From Isurus oxyrinchus (Eukaryota), in NCBI GenBank assembly GCA_026770705.1, contig JANJGN010000025.1:18042001-18106000 (forward strand): DNA of 64,000 nucleotides. The letters are read 5' to 3'. Shown here in pieces: positions 11,150-24,325 of this stretch. Under the pieces are notes generated by a model. The model was given only the letters and a program-made list of their open reading frames with translations. It did not search any database and was not told the DNA's origin. The first letter of the stretch is position 1, and the number at the start of each line of letters is the position of its first letter. A program made the translations under genes and the position numbers.

Positions 11150-11777
11150 GGCCAGGATTTTTCATTGTCGGGCGGGCTTGCTGGGAGCAGGCGGGGGAGA
11201 TCGGATTCGCGCCGCCATTTTACGTGGGCCAGCCAGTTAAGGCCCACTCAGTGTATTAGGCAAGCGGCAGCGCTGAGCACTACCTGTGCAGGTGTGGGGG
11301 TGGGGGGAAGGGGGGAGAGCTGGGCCTAGCGCACACTTCACGCATGCGCGTGAAAGAGCGCTTCAATCACCCTGAGGCACAGAGCAGCTTCCGAGAGATT
11401 GAAGAGCTTTTCAAAAAAATGAATAAAAGCAGTAAACATGTGACTGTGTCATGTGAGATGGGACATGTTGTTATTTTTCAGAAAACGTTTTTAATACAAT
11501 CACTACTAGCTTTAGGAAACCTCACCCAGTTTGTGGGTTGCCGCTTGGCCTTCTTGCCAATGCACCAAATGTAAGATTGGATGGGAAGTGTGAATTTGAA
11601 CTTAATTACTTTGATAAAGGCCTTATTAGGCCTTTTAAATATCAGTGGGTGCGCAGCTGACTCCAGCGCAGGCCCACCAAACGAAACATTGCGCGACAGA
11701 GCGATGATGTCATCGTGTGTCAGTGTGGCACCGGTGTGTCAGGCCCACCCCTGCACACCGACTAAAACATCCTGGCC
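11150..11777. mobile_element. Harbinger-type MITE
   Basis: TIRs ggccaggatttt and aaaacatcctggcc; flanks cag/caa; homologous to 38479-39168. Confidence 0.82.
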
Positions 11778-13477
11778 CAAGAAATTGCACGGATGTCTAA
11801 ATAAGGTAATTAGGGACTAAACAACCAGCACACTGATGGGTACTATTGGTGCCCATACAAATCCTGACCAGTAAGTTGGTCTGGTACCACAGATCTCTGC
11901 CCATTTTTTTCACTTTCATTAGTCATTAATAACCAATGAAAAAACTACTCTACTTGATACAATCTTCCCCACGTAATTGCATACTTTTTATCACTGAAGC
12001 ATTAATGCTCCACAGTAAGATAATTGGATCCAGGCTCCAGACAGCGCTGCCATGTGGTGGGCAGAATGTGCATCTCCGGCGGGATTCTCCGAACTGCCAT
12101 CTCTGGATATCAACTTTTGAAGCTGGATGAAGCAGCAGGAAAGAGATCGGTTACTGTGTCATTAGCAGTGCTGGCTCATCAGCACCTCCACAGCATATGT
12201 TAGGCGGCCATCAAACTGGAGTTTGATAATATCCCATTACACAGTAACGTGGTGACTTTGCATAATATTATGTAGTCTGACTGGGTGTAGGGTTGAGCAG
12301 TTTGGATCATTAATTAATCTGTTGAAAAACAAGCAACTTTTCACCTCACAGCTCTGATGTTGCAGGTGAGTGCTCCTTCGAGAATGATAGGTCAGGCTTG
12401 CAGATGTTGTGAGGCCAACATTCAATTTTCTGATACTAATACACTACCAAATTAAGAATAGGATTGAATGTGACTCATTGAAGCAAGTTTCAAGTGGGTT
12501 GATGAGGCTAGCAAGTCATTTGTTTACAGAATGTGTTTGTCATATTCTTTAAACAGTGTTTGTATTCCTGTTACATTTGCAGCTCTTAAGGAAATAAAAC
12601 TATTTTCTAATTTGAAATAGTTTTATAGCATTATTTATATTACAAAGTAGAAGCAAAATTATTTGGTTGTCTAAATGTATCTTTGAAGTACCATCCTTTA
12701 TGCAGCTGTAAAATGTTAAATTTTAAAAAAAAAATTTTCATATCTAGTGTCTACTATTTATCTTGAACTTATTCACATTCCTATTTAGCATACTGATTTG
12801 GCAAGTCAATCCATGTTGCCCATTCATTCTCCTTGATGTATCCCTTTCTGCTTCTAAAAATTCAATTACAGATGATCCGCTTTTGACCAATGGATCCTGT
12901 TATCATTAATAATTTCATGTCATTTGAGAGTTTGCTTTTGCCAGTTGCAACATTTGAATTATTTTCTTTTTAATATGCTCAATTGCCCTTTAGTTAGTTT
13001 TTGAAAAAAAATGCTGGGTGAGCTGCTGATTTAAGAGCACACCAGAATTCTGGATTATCGGAGAACAACATGATGATGTCACCTTAGCTATGCAGCATCA
13101 TCCCACTGGACTTTGCATATGTGCAGTATGGTCCCAATTTCTCAACATAAAATTCCTCACCCTAACTCTATTTCTCTCTCCAAAGATGCTGCCAGTTTTG
13201 CTGAGTATTTCCAATATTTTTTGCAGTTAATTTATCTAGCTCTTGCATATTCATTAGGTTGCTGCTGTCCAACTGGTCTCAGAGCAATGCAGAGATGACA
13301 CCAGTTCTCAGTCTACAACAGGTTTATTTACATACTTTAAAATATCACATAACTGACAGGATTTTCAACATACACATGGGACTGAATAATATGAGGATGT
13401 AATATTAATATAATTATTCATATTATTAAAAATATGGCTCACCCTCAAGAAGGAAAATTGGTATGGAGCTGACATGC

Positions 13478-14005
13478 TCCACACCAACCTGCCCCACGCC
13501 AACCTGCCGCACACCAAACTGCCCCACGCCAAACTGCCCCACGCCAAACTGCCCCATGCCAACCTGTCCCACGCCAAACTGCCCCATGCCAACCTGCCGC
13601 ACACCAAACTGCCCCACGCCAAACTGCCCCATGCCAACCTGCCCCACGCCAAACTGCCCCATGCCAACCTGCCCCACACCAAACTGCCCCACGCCAAACT
13701 GCCCCACGCCAACCTGCCCCACACCAACCTGCCCCACACCAACCTGCCCCATGCCAAACTGCCCCACGCCAACCTGCCCCACACCAACCTGCCCCACGCC
13801 AACCTGCCCCACACCAACCTGTCCCACGCCAACCTGCCCCACGCCAACCTGCTCCACACCAACCTGCCCCACACCAACCTGCCCCACGCCAAACTGCCCC
13901 ACGCCAACCTGCCCCACGCCAAACTGCCCCACGCCAACCTGCCCCACGCCAACCTGCCCCACGCCAACCTGCTCCACACCAACCTGCCCCACACCAACCT
14001 GCCCC
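13478..14005. repeat. 15-bp minisatellite, about 35 copies, consensus aa(c/a)ctgcccca(c/t)(g/a)cc
   Basis: Directly visible; it explains the five overlapping repetitive ORFs. Confidence 0.97.
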
Positions 14006-14911
14006 ATAACCGTGAAGTACTGCAGGGAGGCTAAATGAGGGCCAAGTGGGCTTCCACCCCTCACTGGGAACAGAGGGCTTAAAGCTGTTTGCAGGTAGGA
14101 AGGAAGGGGGGGTTTGATCTTTGGGAGGCCATTCCCTGATTGTCAAATGGCTTCCCACAAAAATTGATCCTCCCACTCCCTTTCCACCCTTTGAAGGATA
14201 TTTTTTATAAATCGGCTACCCGTTCCTACCAGACTGCCCACACAAACTGTTTTATGAAGTGGGCAGCATATTATCAGAGTCAATAGGCTTTTTAACAAGA
14301 CTAATTGTCCTTTGAATACTTATTTGAATATGGTGGCGGGCCTGCTGATTTTGGCACCTGCCCACCCCCAGTCTTTTGGCTGGGGGGTGGGAGGGGTGGG
14401 AGGGGGATAATGTGGTGGGTGCCCACCCCACTTTACCTGTCCCCCCCCCTCCCCCCAGCCAAAAACACACCCAGCGGGATATGTGAGATACAGCCCATGG
14501 TCTCAGCTCAGAACAAGTCTTTCGGGAATCTTCTCAGTTCTCCTAGCTCTCTAGCTCCATCCACAGGCTTAAGCAATCAAGTACAGTATACATGGATCAG
14601 AGAATTGATGAACATAATCAATTACAGATCAATTAAGCCATTGAGCACAACACAAGCCAGTATGAAAAAAATGTCCTAGTGAAACCTGGTTTATATTTTG
14701 CAGTATTGGTGTTGTATACTTACAAATGACTGTAATGTTCAACAGTACCTATTGCAACTGACCCTAATAATTGGCTTAATTACTCTTACAAAAAGTGGTG
14801 AAATTCCGAATCTTTAAAAAAAAATGTAGTTCTGTAGTTTGAATTGAACAGGCTATTCATATAATTGACTCCTTGGAGTTTACAAAATGTTAAGTGATTA
14901 TTGGGAGCTGT

Positions 14912-15125
14912 GTTTTTTTTAATTCATTCTTGGAACGTGGGTCTCCTTGGCAACGCCAGCATTTGTTGCCCATTCCTCATTGTCCTTAAACTGAATGCTT
15001 TGCTAGGCTGTTTCAGAGGGCAGTTAAGAGTCAACCACATGGCTGTGGGTCTGGAGTCACATGTAGGCCAGACCGGGTAAGGACAGCAGATTTCCTTCCC
15101 TAAAGGACATTAGTGAACCAGTGGA
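14912..15125 (-). mobile_element. SINE 3' part (same family as 46972-47345)
   Basis: Shares cagagggcagttaagagtcaaccaca...gatttccttccctaaaggac. Confidence 0.8.
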
Positions 15126-15944
15126 TGATTAATCAGACTATGGTCCAAAGATTTCAAAACATACTATATTTATCTCCGCTTCATGCTCATGCTCCATGCA
15201 TAAAACATCTTGGTAAATAGCTGGATGTATACCAAGAATCAACTACATAATAGTTTTTGAACAAATGTTCGCATAATTTTGCTGTTTAGTTGCTTTATTT
15301 GCTGCCACAAACAACCCTCCACTTAAAAAGGAATATTCACTTAGAAGTCAAAGTGCTTCTGACCTGCAGTCTGAACCTACCATTTCCTATTGTCTGCTGC
15401 ACAGTCGTCAAACAACATTTAGTCAGGAGGCCCCAAGGCTCAAAGGTCACCTTATAGAAAGAGGGGAAAGAGACTTTATAAATCTGAAGTACCTTCCTTT
15501 CTTCATGGCCCTTCAAGTTCTCTCAGCAACACCACCACCCCACCCCCAACCCCCACAGGTCCACTAATCCATGGCAACTCAAGTGCAGGCCCCACCACCA
15601 GGTTTCTTTTAGGGTGTATCATGGGCAGAGAGTTGGAAAATTAGCATAGCAGCCTGGGAATGCCTCTTCCTGCCTTATTTTAATGTTTACTCTGTGCCCC
15701 AGCTGCAGACCCAGTTAGGTGCATCTGAGGAAGCACCAGAGCTTTGGGGGAGCATTGTGGAAGCAGAGAGGTGATGCAAGTGTCTCCAACCCCATTTTCT
15801 GTTTGCAGCAGGAGGGAAGAGAACATTTGCCAAGAATAATGATGAAGAGGAAATTATTATCTTACTCTGCTTTCAACACTCCACAAATATACTGATACGA
15901 ATTCTGGTGCAATTTTTAACTGGCGGGAGTGAAACGCAAATTTG

Positions 15945-16265
15945 TTTTTTTTAATTAATTTTATGGGATGTGGATGTCATTGGCTAGGCCAGCATTTATT
16001 GCCCATTCCTAATTGCCCTTCAGGTGGTGGTGGTGAGCTGCCTTCTTGAATCGCTGCAGTCCCTGCAGTGAAGGTACACCCACAGTGCTGTTGCAGAGGG
16101 TCCAGGATTTTGCCCCAGCGACAGTGAAGGAACGGCAATATATTTCCAAGTCAGGATGGTGAGTGGCTTGGAGGGGAACTTCCAGGTGGTGGTGTTCCCC
16201 TGTGTCTGCTGCTCTTGTCCTTCTAGGTGATAGTGATTATGGGTTTGGAAGGCGCTCCCTAAAGA
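15945..16265 (-). mobile_element. 3' end of a CR1/L2-group LINE (same family as 54920-56090)
   Basis: Highly similar to 57610-57930 and to the reverse complement of 55780-56090. Confidence 0.85.
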
Positions 16266-16424
16266 GCCTAGGGATGGAAGATCAGGCAGGGTGTACGTAT
16301 CACAGGCAACTGACTCGCTACTGTCCATTTTACATCATTGTGAAAGTTGAATTTCATCCTTGGTGTTAAACAGATACAACTTTTATATAAGGGCATTCTT
16401 CTGAGTTCAGACTATTATGGTAAT

Positions 16425-16850
16425 TGCCAGCTTGGTTTAATGGTTGCACTACTACCTCAGTGTCAGAATTTCACTCCAGGATTTGAACGTATTGTCTAGG
16501 TTGCAACTTCAATGCAGTATTGGGGGTGTGCTACATTGTCATTGGTACACTTCTCCTAGATGAGACATTAGACCGAGGCCCCATTAGTTCATTTAGACAG
16601 GCATAAAAGATCTTAGGCAAAAAGATAAGATCTTACTTTAAGAGGTGAAGGGAAATTCTCATGAACGATGTTCAGCCTTCAACCAACACCATCAAAACAA
16701 ATTAAATGGTCACTTATATTATTTGCTGTTTGTGGGATCTTGCTGTTTGCAAATTTGGTCCTGTATTTCAGAAGTAATTCTTTGATTGTGAAACACTTTG
16801 GGACACCCTGAGACTCTGAAAGCAGTTATAAAAATGAAATTTGCTTCTCT
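16425..16850 (+). mobile_element. Deu-domain SINE (SacSINE1/AmnSINE1-like)
   Basis: gatgagacattagaccgaggcccc...aaaagatc...ttgctgtttgtgggatcttgctg...gtgaaacactttgggacaccctgag; recalled similarity to the DeuSINE core and tail. Confidence 0.7.
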
Positions 16851-17159
16851 TAAGAAAAATGAACTTGACCAACAGCTGATGTCATATAGCCTGGTACCAG
16901 CAGGTGAGGTAACCTGATGGAACGAGATAAGAGTCATATTCTTTATCAACTCAGTTCCTCATTTTTATAAACATGCACAGAAATATAATTACATCTAAAA
17001 CATCCCATCGTAAAACATTCCTCCTGTTTTAATTGCAGTTATTAAATGCTTATTAAGCCTGGCGTGTATTATTATTTTATGTAGCATTAATTAATATAAG
17101 ACCAGTGGACAAGATTTCCCTTTCAACTGTTTGGAGGGAAAATATATGTGATCTTTACT

Positions 17160-17345
17160 GGCCACTTGGCCCATCATGTCTCTGCCAGCACTCTGAAAGA
17201 CCTACCAATTAGCCCCACCCCATTCTTTCTGCATTGCCCTCCATTTTTTTTCCTATTCAAGCATATATATCCAATTCCCTTTTGAAAACTGCCACAGAAT
17301 TGGCTTCCAGCAGCCTTTTATGCAGCGCATTCCAGGTTTTAAAGG
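17160..17345 (-). mobile_element. Degraded CR1 3' end
   Basis: Reverse complement reads ggaatgcgctgc...ttcaaaagggaattggatata...gatgggccaagtggcc. Confidence 0.65.
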
Positions 17346-17474
17346 TTCCTCTGGTTACTTAATTTGTAAAGGTGTTTTTAGAACAGATTTATAAATTTAC
17401 CAGAAATAGAGGGGAGAGGAAATCTCTCAACATTCGTTTTCAATGATGCTGTCTTTTTGTCTAGGGGAGGGCAG

Positions 17475-17885
17475 GAGCTTGATGGTCATGTTACTGGACT
17501 AGTAATCTAGATGTGGGTGGACTAATGCTCCAAATCCTGCCATGGCAGCTGATGGAATTTAAATTCAATTAATTAATAAATCTGGAATAAAATTAACAAT
17601 GATCATGAAACTACAGGGGAGGAAATCTGCCATTCTTACCTGGCTTGGCTTAGACATGACTCCAGATCCACAGCAACATGGTTGACTCTTTGCTATGAAA
17701 TAGCTTAGAAAGCTACGCAGTTGTATCAAACCACTACAAAAGAAATGTACCGTGGGTGTACTTACTCCAAATGGGCTAATGGGTCAATCAGACAGATTAC
17801 CATCAAATTCACAAGGACAATTAAGGATAGGCAATACATGCTTGCCTTGTCTTTGATGCTCACATCCCAAGAACAAATTTTTAAA
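17475..17885 (+). mobile_element. tRNA-derived SINE (same family as 46972-47345)
   Basis: gttactggactagtaatc...caaatcc...catggcagctg...ggaaatctgcc...gactccaga...cacatccca. Confidence 0.75.
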
Positions 17886-17897
17886 AAATCATGCTTA

Positions 17898-18135
17898 CAT
17901 GTTCGATTCTCTGTGCTGAGTTAGCTAATTTCAACCGGAGCAATGATTGGATACTGCGATTGGCCCTATTGTCTAGGTTAAGAATGAGTAAAATGAACAG
18001 GCTTCCTTAATCATGATCATGGCCCTGTAGATAGTATGAACTTTGGGTGAGGGCAAGATTGGGTTTGACTGTGGTTCGTTCCATATTATCTGGGCTCTCA
18101 GTGAAGAATGATCATTTGGCACTGATATTCCAGAA
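17898..18135 (+). mobile_element. LF-SINE-like fragment
   Basis: gttcgattctctgtgctgagttagctaatttc...gggtgagggcaagattggg...gtgaagaatgatcatttgg resembles the LF-SINE consensus as recalled. Confidence 0.5.
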
Positions 18136-18145
18136 AAGCCAGCAC

Positions 18146-18282
18146 CTTCTTCAGGTTATATGGACTCAAAACGTTAACCCTGTTTCTCTCACCACAGATG
18201 CTGCCAGACCTTCTGAGCTTATCCAGCATTATCTGTTTTTGTTTCAGATTTCCAGCATCCTTGGTATTTTGCTTTTATTATA
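18146..18282 (+). mobile_element. Penelope-like 3' tail with partial hammerhead-like motif
   Basis: ggactcaaaacgttaac...gatgctgccagacc...cagatttccagcatc. Confidence 0.7.
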
Positions 18283-19259
18283 GTAAACTGATGGTAATCG
18301 TTTGGAGCCCAGGGCAGACTTAAAAAAAATTACCTGATCAAAATTAAACGCAACATTTATTAAAATTAGATTCTGTAAATCTCAATTAGGAAAGTTTACA
18401 ATTTAAGGGAGTTGATTTATACTATGGACTTGAGAATTTAACAATTCTCTTTATTCATTATTTTTGTTGCCAAATCGCTTTTTCTGACACTCCTGCAATA
18501 AACCGTATCTACTCCAACACTTAGTTCAAATTATGCTCCATTGCGTACATGTCCTGAGGCAAGACTGGAGCTTGTCAGTATGCAAAAACACAGCTCTTTA
18601 TAGAAAACATCCACTTGAGCTTCAAATATGTACCATGGCCCAAAACACCAGTGAGCCACCATGGCAACCTGTGGTGCTGGAAGTATTATCAGAGCAACCA
18701 AGTACTGGCAGATTAAAATCATAGAAACATGCAATAAAGTGCATTAAAACTTTTATACTTAATTCAGTACAAGTAGTTTGTTAATATTGAAGAAAGTTTT
18801 GTAGCATGCAATGCACCATAAAACACATCATTCTAGCGAGAGAGAGAGAGAGATGTTTCTCAGCTCTTCTGTCGTATTCACATACAAAAAAAAAACCCTC
18901 CTTAATGTGAGCCAGATTTCAATACTGGAAGACTGTGCCTGATAGGAAATGCTTGTGCATAGTGATTTTGAATGTCATTTGAGTGTGCAGTCAAATAGCA
19001 GATTGTCTTTGACTGGAGGCTTACATTAAAGACTAGAGTTGGCTGTAGACACAAAGTTGAAACTAAATCATTGCACTGAGCATAAAACTAAATTTAGTTA
19101 GCCTAAGGGGTTAAAAATTAAGCTAAAGTTGAAGGAAAGGGCATTAAGGTGAAGGTTAAATGTCTAACTAAACATATCGTGGTAAAGGTACAAACTGACC
19201 CTTCAACATTACCAACTTGTACTGACAAAATGGTGATTCCAGTCAGAGACTGCACTTTC

Positions 19260-20220
19260 TTGTAAAGCACTTCCCAAACTAGGACCTTCATTACCTAAAG
19301 GGACAAGGACAGTAGGCGCATATGGACAGCATCTCCTCCAAGTTCCCCTCCTAGTTAAACATCCATTAACTTAGACATATATTGTCATTCCTTCATCACA
19401 ACTGGGTCAAAATTCTGGAACTCCCTACTCAATAAGAAAGTGGAATTCAACCCAGAGAAGTGTAAGGTAATGCATTTGGGCAGGTCAAAAAAGGCAAGGG
19501 AATACACAGTAAATTATAGGATTCAGAAAAGCATAGAGGAACAGAAGGAAATTGAAGTGTATGTCTACAGATCCCTGAAAGTAGCAGGACAGGATGGTAA
19601 GTTGGTCAAGAAAGGATATTGGATACTTCGCTCTATTGGTCAGAGGATTAATGCTGGGAGGTTATTCTAGAATTGTGTGAAACTCTAGTTAGCCTGCAGC
19701 CAGAGCACTGTGTAAAGTTCTGGTCACTGCATTGCAACAAGAATGTGATCACATTAGAGAGGATACAGAAGAGATTACCAAGGATGTGGACAATTTTGGA
19801 GAATTTTAGATATACAGAAGGGCTAAATATGTTGGGTTTAGTTTCCTTTGAACAGAGGAGGCTATGGGGAGATATAATTGATGGATATAAAATTACGAGC
19901 AGCTTAGATAAAATGGAAAGGAAGGACCTAGGGTGGTAGATCCAGAAATCCTCACTGCATCTATCTAACACTTGGATATGCAATTGAGGTGTTGTAATCT
20001 ACAAGCATACAGATCAAGAGCTGCAAGGTGGAATCAGCTCTTTTTCTGGTACAATGGGCCAAGTGACCTCTTTTTGTGCAGTAATTCTTCCTATGTTTTT
20101 CTGTTTCCAACAGCACTCTGGAAGTACCCTCACCATACTAACTGTAGTGGTTCAAAATGGCGACTCACCACCACCTTCAACAACAGCACTAAATCCTTGC
20201 TAGCAATGCCCGTGTTGTCA
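19260..20220 (+). mobile_element. LINE 3' end (19260-19432 and 20107-20220) interrupted by a degraded CR1 fragment (about 19435-20105)
   Basis: CR1 peptides MEFNPEKCKVMHLG, CVKFWS, EQRRLWGD; the flanks join as ggaactcccta...caacagcact, as in the intact tail near 55930. Confidence 0.8.
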
Positions 20221-21729
20221 TCAGATCACTGAACACTAAGAATTGTCATAACTGAGACTGTGACTAGGAATGGGTGTTGGGGAAATTTTAGAACCTGCAT
20301 TGGCTACTGATGACCTTTGAGCACTGGACCTGGTAACTGTTTTGGGAATGCAAAACTACCAGTTTAAAAGCAGCTTTCTGGAGCATCAGGACAGAAAATC
20401 AAGAGCAGTTTACTAAATTGGTGCTAATTCACCCCTCATGGAATGGGGAATGTGGCTCATGATCATTTTGAAGAACAGTACTTCAGTTACCCCCTGTTGT
20501 GTGCAAAGCTAATATACTGCTCCTGGAATAAAAGTAGTTCAAGTATATTTGTTACCAAGTGGTGAATTACACTTAAAAGTAGCTTTCACAAAAGGAACAT
20601 GAGAAATGCCCAAGACATTCTAATGGAAGAAGCAAGCGTTTTCCTGAAATCTGGAAAGATGCCATAAACTTTTGTAATAAGTATAAGAGCAACATGGTTT
20701 AAGCTGGATGACGAGTTACCCCTATTGCTGCTTTTCAATGAGAGCCTCATCAGAAAAGAATATTGTGGATCATGTTTTATTGATATGGTCCTTGTCTAGT
20801 CTTAAAGGCAATTTACAAGTTACTAAATACATGTCTGGGAATTTTGAAGAAAGCCTCGCCCTTTATTTTTACAACTCCTACCACATATTGACAAGAGGAT
20901 AGAGCTGGTTTACTTGTAATGTTAAGCAATGAGAGATAAAGAATCCAAATATTCTTGTACCATTGTTGAGCTTTTTTGCCTTTCTACAGTGGAGCAGCCT
21001 TCCGCTTAATCGGTTTAGTACATACTAGCTTTCTTCTAATGTGTAAATCACAGGTTGTTTTACTTGAATGTTAATTATCATAATTCAAAAGGAAAACTTC
21101 TGTCAAGGAAAGGTGTGTGGCTCATGGAAATATTTAAACTCATTTTTTTAAACAGTAAAAACAGCAATACATCATTAAAAATAAAATAAACCATGTCTCC
21201 CATTACTACTGTGTTAAGATGAATTCCTTCTTCCTGGAGAAGAAGTTACCATTAAGATCTTAGGAAAGAAGTCTCGAGCATATTTCAACAGTTTATTCTT
21301 ACTGTGGAACACGTATCCCCAAGATTATGGCGCTACTTTCTCACAGGACTGATTTCAACTGACAAAGAGAAACCTAACTCCCAATTTCACTCCTTTCCAT
21401 TCAAATTTTAGACAAAAACAACAAAATTCTCAAGAAACCTAAAAAGGTATGAAAATATAATTTTTAACATCCTTAAAGAGAAACAAACCCGAAAATCTTT
21501 CATGATCACATTTAAACTTGCCACTGTGATGATAACTGGAGGAATATTCAATGTGGGACTTGGTCATTGACTGATAGCTAAACCCCTTGTTTGTACATGT
21601 ACAAAAGCACCCAAAGTGATCAGTAGCCATGAAATGGCATGAACTGAGATTTGAGGCCTCAGGGCCCAGCCTCCCTGTCTCCTCCCTTTCCTGTTATCCA
21701 GTAAAAACTCCTTCCATTATTCCTCTAAA

Positions 21730-22175
21730 TAAGACTTGCATTTCTAGTATGCCTTTCATGGCCACCGGACATCTTAAAGCACTTTACAGCCATTGAAGTA
21801 CTTCTGAAGTGTAGTCACTGCTGTAATGTAAGAAACACAGCAAGCAATATGTCCCAACAAACTCCCAGAAACAGCAATATGGCATTGATCAGATTGTCTG
21901 CTCTTGTGGTGTTAACTGAGGGGTAAATATTGGCCAGGATACCAGGGAGAATACCCCTGATCTTCAAAATAGTGCCATAAGATCATGCACATCCACCTCA
22001 GAGGGCAGACAGTGCCTTGAGTTAACATCTTATCTGAACGTCATCACCTCCAACAGTGCAACACTCCCAATACTTGACTGGAGTGTCAGCTTCGATGTTT
22101 TTGCTCAAGGCCTGGAGTGGGGCTTGAACCCAAAACCTTCTGACTCATAGCCAAGAGCGTTACTGAGCCATGATG
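21730..22175 (-). mobile_element. Deu-domain SINE, near full length
   Basis: Reverse complement has a tRNA-like head (ggctcagt...ggttcaagcc), the Deu core and the aatgcaagtctt tail. Confidence 0.75.
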
Positions 22176-23554
22176 GATACCTACTTCCTTTCATCCTACA
22201 CTCCTGTTGTCATCACAGGTTTAGTTCTCTCTTGGAAAACCAGCCCAATATTTCAGCCATATCCTTCATTTATATCTCTATACCAGAATCTAAACTTAAA
22301 TCTTCACCTTTAATACACTCTTTAACACCAAGTTTTTAGCCCTACCTTCTTTGGCTTGGGATCAATTGATTCGATGCTTGTAAAGTGCCTTAAGACCAAC
22401 ATTAAAGATGCTTAATAAATGCAAGTTGATGCTGTTGAGTGCAGCTTTGTAGGCTCCTCTTTAATTATTGTGACAATGTCACAGCATCTGCAATATCATA
22501 CACTCCAAATGGTAGTTTCTATCTCAAACACAATGGATAATTCCATGTACACGCACTCTTGGGTTGGAGAATTGGGGAGCACACAGTTGCAGAATCACGC
22601 CGCTTGTTCTTCCATTTCCTCAAGTGTCCTTTATTTAAGCAGTTGGTGTGTTATGACGGTCGGTATTAAGGTTATGGATCAGTTTCACTTGTTTCAATGT
22701 GGCGTCACTTTGCGATCTGATTGCTATCCACCGTTTCTACCCTTGTAAAAGAATCTAATCATAAATCACAAAGCACCTCACTTTACATCTCTTTCAGTTT
22801 GAATGTGGCAGTGGCATTTGTAAATGGGCTTGGTATCCTGTCTGAACAACCATTATCCAGGATCCACCATATGCTTTCCTCATGTGCTAGAATTATGCTG
22901 AAGACAAGAAGATGGCAAACAATCAGGTTTCTGTTTTATTCATGAACTAGGAATGTGCTTCACGATTTATGTACTTTGGTTGTATTTTTAAATGAAGCAA
23001 ATGAAAATGTTTTCTTTAGGTAATTGTCAGGGTGAAGGATACTTGTTGTTTTTGAAATACTTTCCCACTCAGGCAAGGAACTTACCCCAAAAGTGTATGT
23101 CAATTAAATTATTCTTGCAATCATATATTTTTAACCCAAACCAGGATTAATCAACATTATTCAGCATTTTAACATAAGGGCAAACGACAATAGGGCTGGC
23201 TCTTGGAATTAGAGCTGAGATCTCAGACACAACAAATCCCACTCAGCTAATGGCGAAGTCACTTCACCCTGCGGCAGCTGCTACTAACTCATTAAGCGAT
23301 AAAATATTTGTTCAGATACATTCATGGCTTCATTTTATATCAACATCTTTGTGAAGTAAAGAAAACTCAATCATCAGCTGTTAGTATGCAGGCTGCTTAT
23401 TTCACTTCACAAGTTCTATTGTCACAAAGCATTGTTACTATTTAAAAATCTAAGAAAAACAATGCTGCTCAGTGTCTCTTACTGCTAAATCCTTATCGCC
23501 CAATGTTCAGAAGGCTATGCTTGGGCCACAAATACTTGGTCTGTGCAGATAGAA

Positions 23555-24325
23555 GTTTTTTTTTTAATTCATTCATGGGATGTGGGTGTTGCTGGCTAGG
23601 CCAGCATTTATTGCCCATCCCTAATTGTCCTCTTTCAGAGGGCAGTTAAGAGTCAATCACATTGTTGTGGATCTGGAGTCACATGTAGGCCAGACCAGGT
23701 AAGGACAGCAGGTTTCCTTCCCTAAAGGACACTAGTGAACCAATGGGTTTTTACAACAGTCAACAATGGTTTCATGGTCATCATCAGACTTTTTTAATTC
23801 CAGAGGGAGAATTTTCCCCCCGTTGGGGGGGGATGGGCAGGAGTGGACACAGCTGCACACTGCCAAAGTATCACATGAGCTGGGACATGTCTATGAATTT
23901 TAATAAAAATCTTTATTTCACTTATAAATCATTCATGAAAACCCATCCCGCCCATGGATCAGGTTTCATGAAAAATGCGAAGGTCGCCTGGGCTCTTTGC
24001 CAATCTTAAGGTTGACCGGGCAGCTCTGTGAAATGGTTTAATTAGTTTTTAAATGGCCTTAATAGGCCTTTGACAGTTTGGTGGGTGCGCAGCCAACTCC
24101 AGTGCGTGTCTGCCAACTGAAAATTGGAACGAAGCACGGTGATGTCGGGACAGACGTCTGAGGGTCACTGTGTGTCATTTTATGCCCCCGCTGGCCGAGC
24201 ATTCTGGCCCAGATGTTTACTGAACTCAAATTTCACCATCTGCTGTGGTGGGATTCGAACCCTGGTCAACAGAGCATTAACCTGGGTCTCTGGAATATCA
24301 GGCCAGTGACAATACTGCACCCCCT
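23555..24325 (-). mobile_element. tRNA-derived SINE interrupted by a MITE
   Basis: SINE halves at 23555-23803 and 24210-24325; B-box gttcgaatcc on the minus strand at about 24251-24260. Confidence 0.8.
23804..24209. mobile_element. Internally deleted Harbinger MITE
   Basis: Ends agggagaattttc and cattctggcc; cag(a) is duplicated on both sides. Confidence 0.78.

Noticed and set aside
13478-14005. Possible CRISPR array
   Set aside because: Contiguous tandem units without unique spacers, eukaryotic context and no cas genes.
13365-14176. Five repetitive ORFs, including a pentapeptide-repeat-like (HANLP)n and an elastin-like (GVGQV)n
   Set aside because: A stop-free 15-bp unit opens frames on both strands; variants show no codon bias and there are no gene signals.
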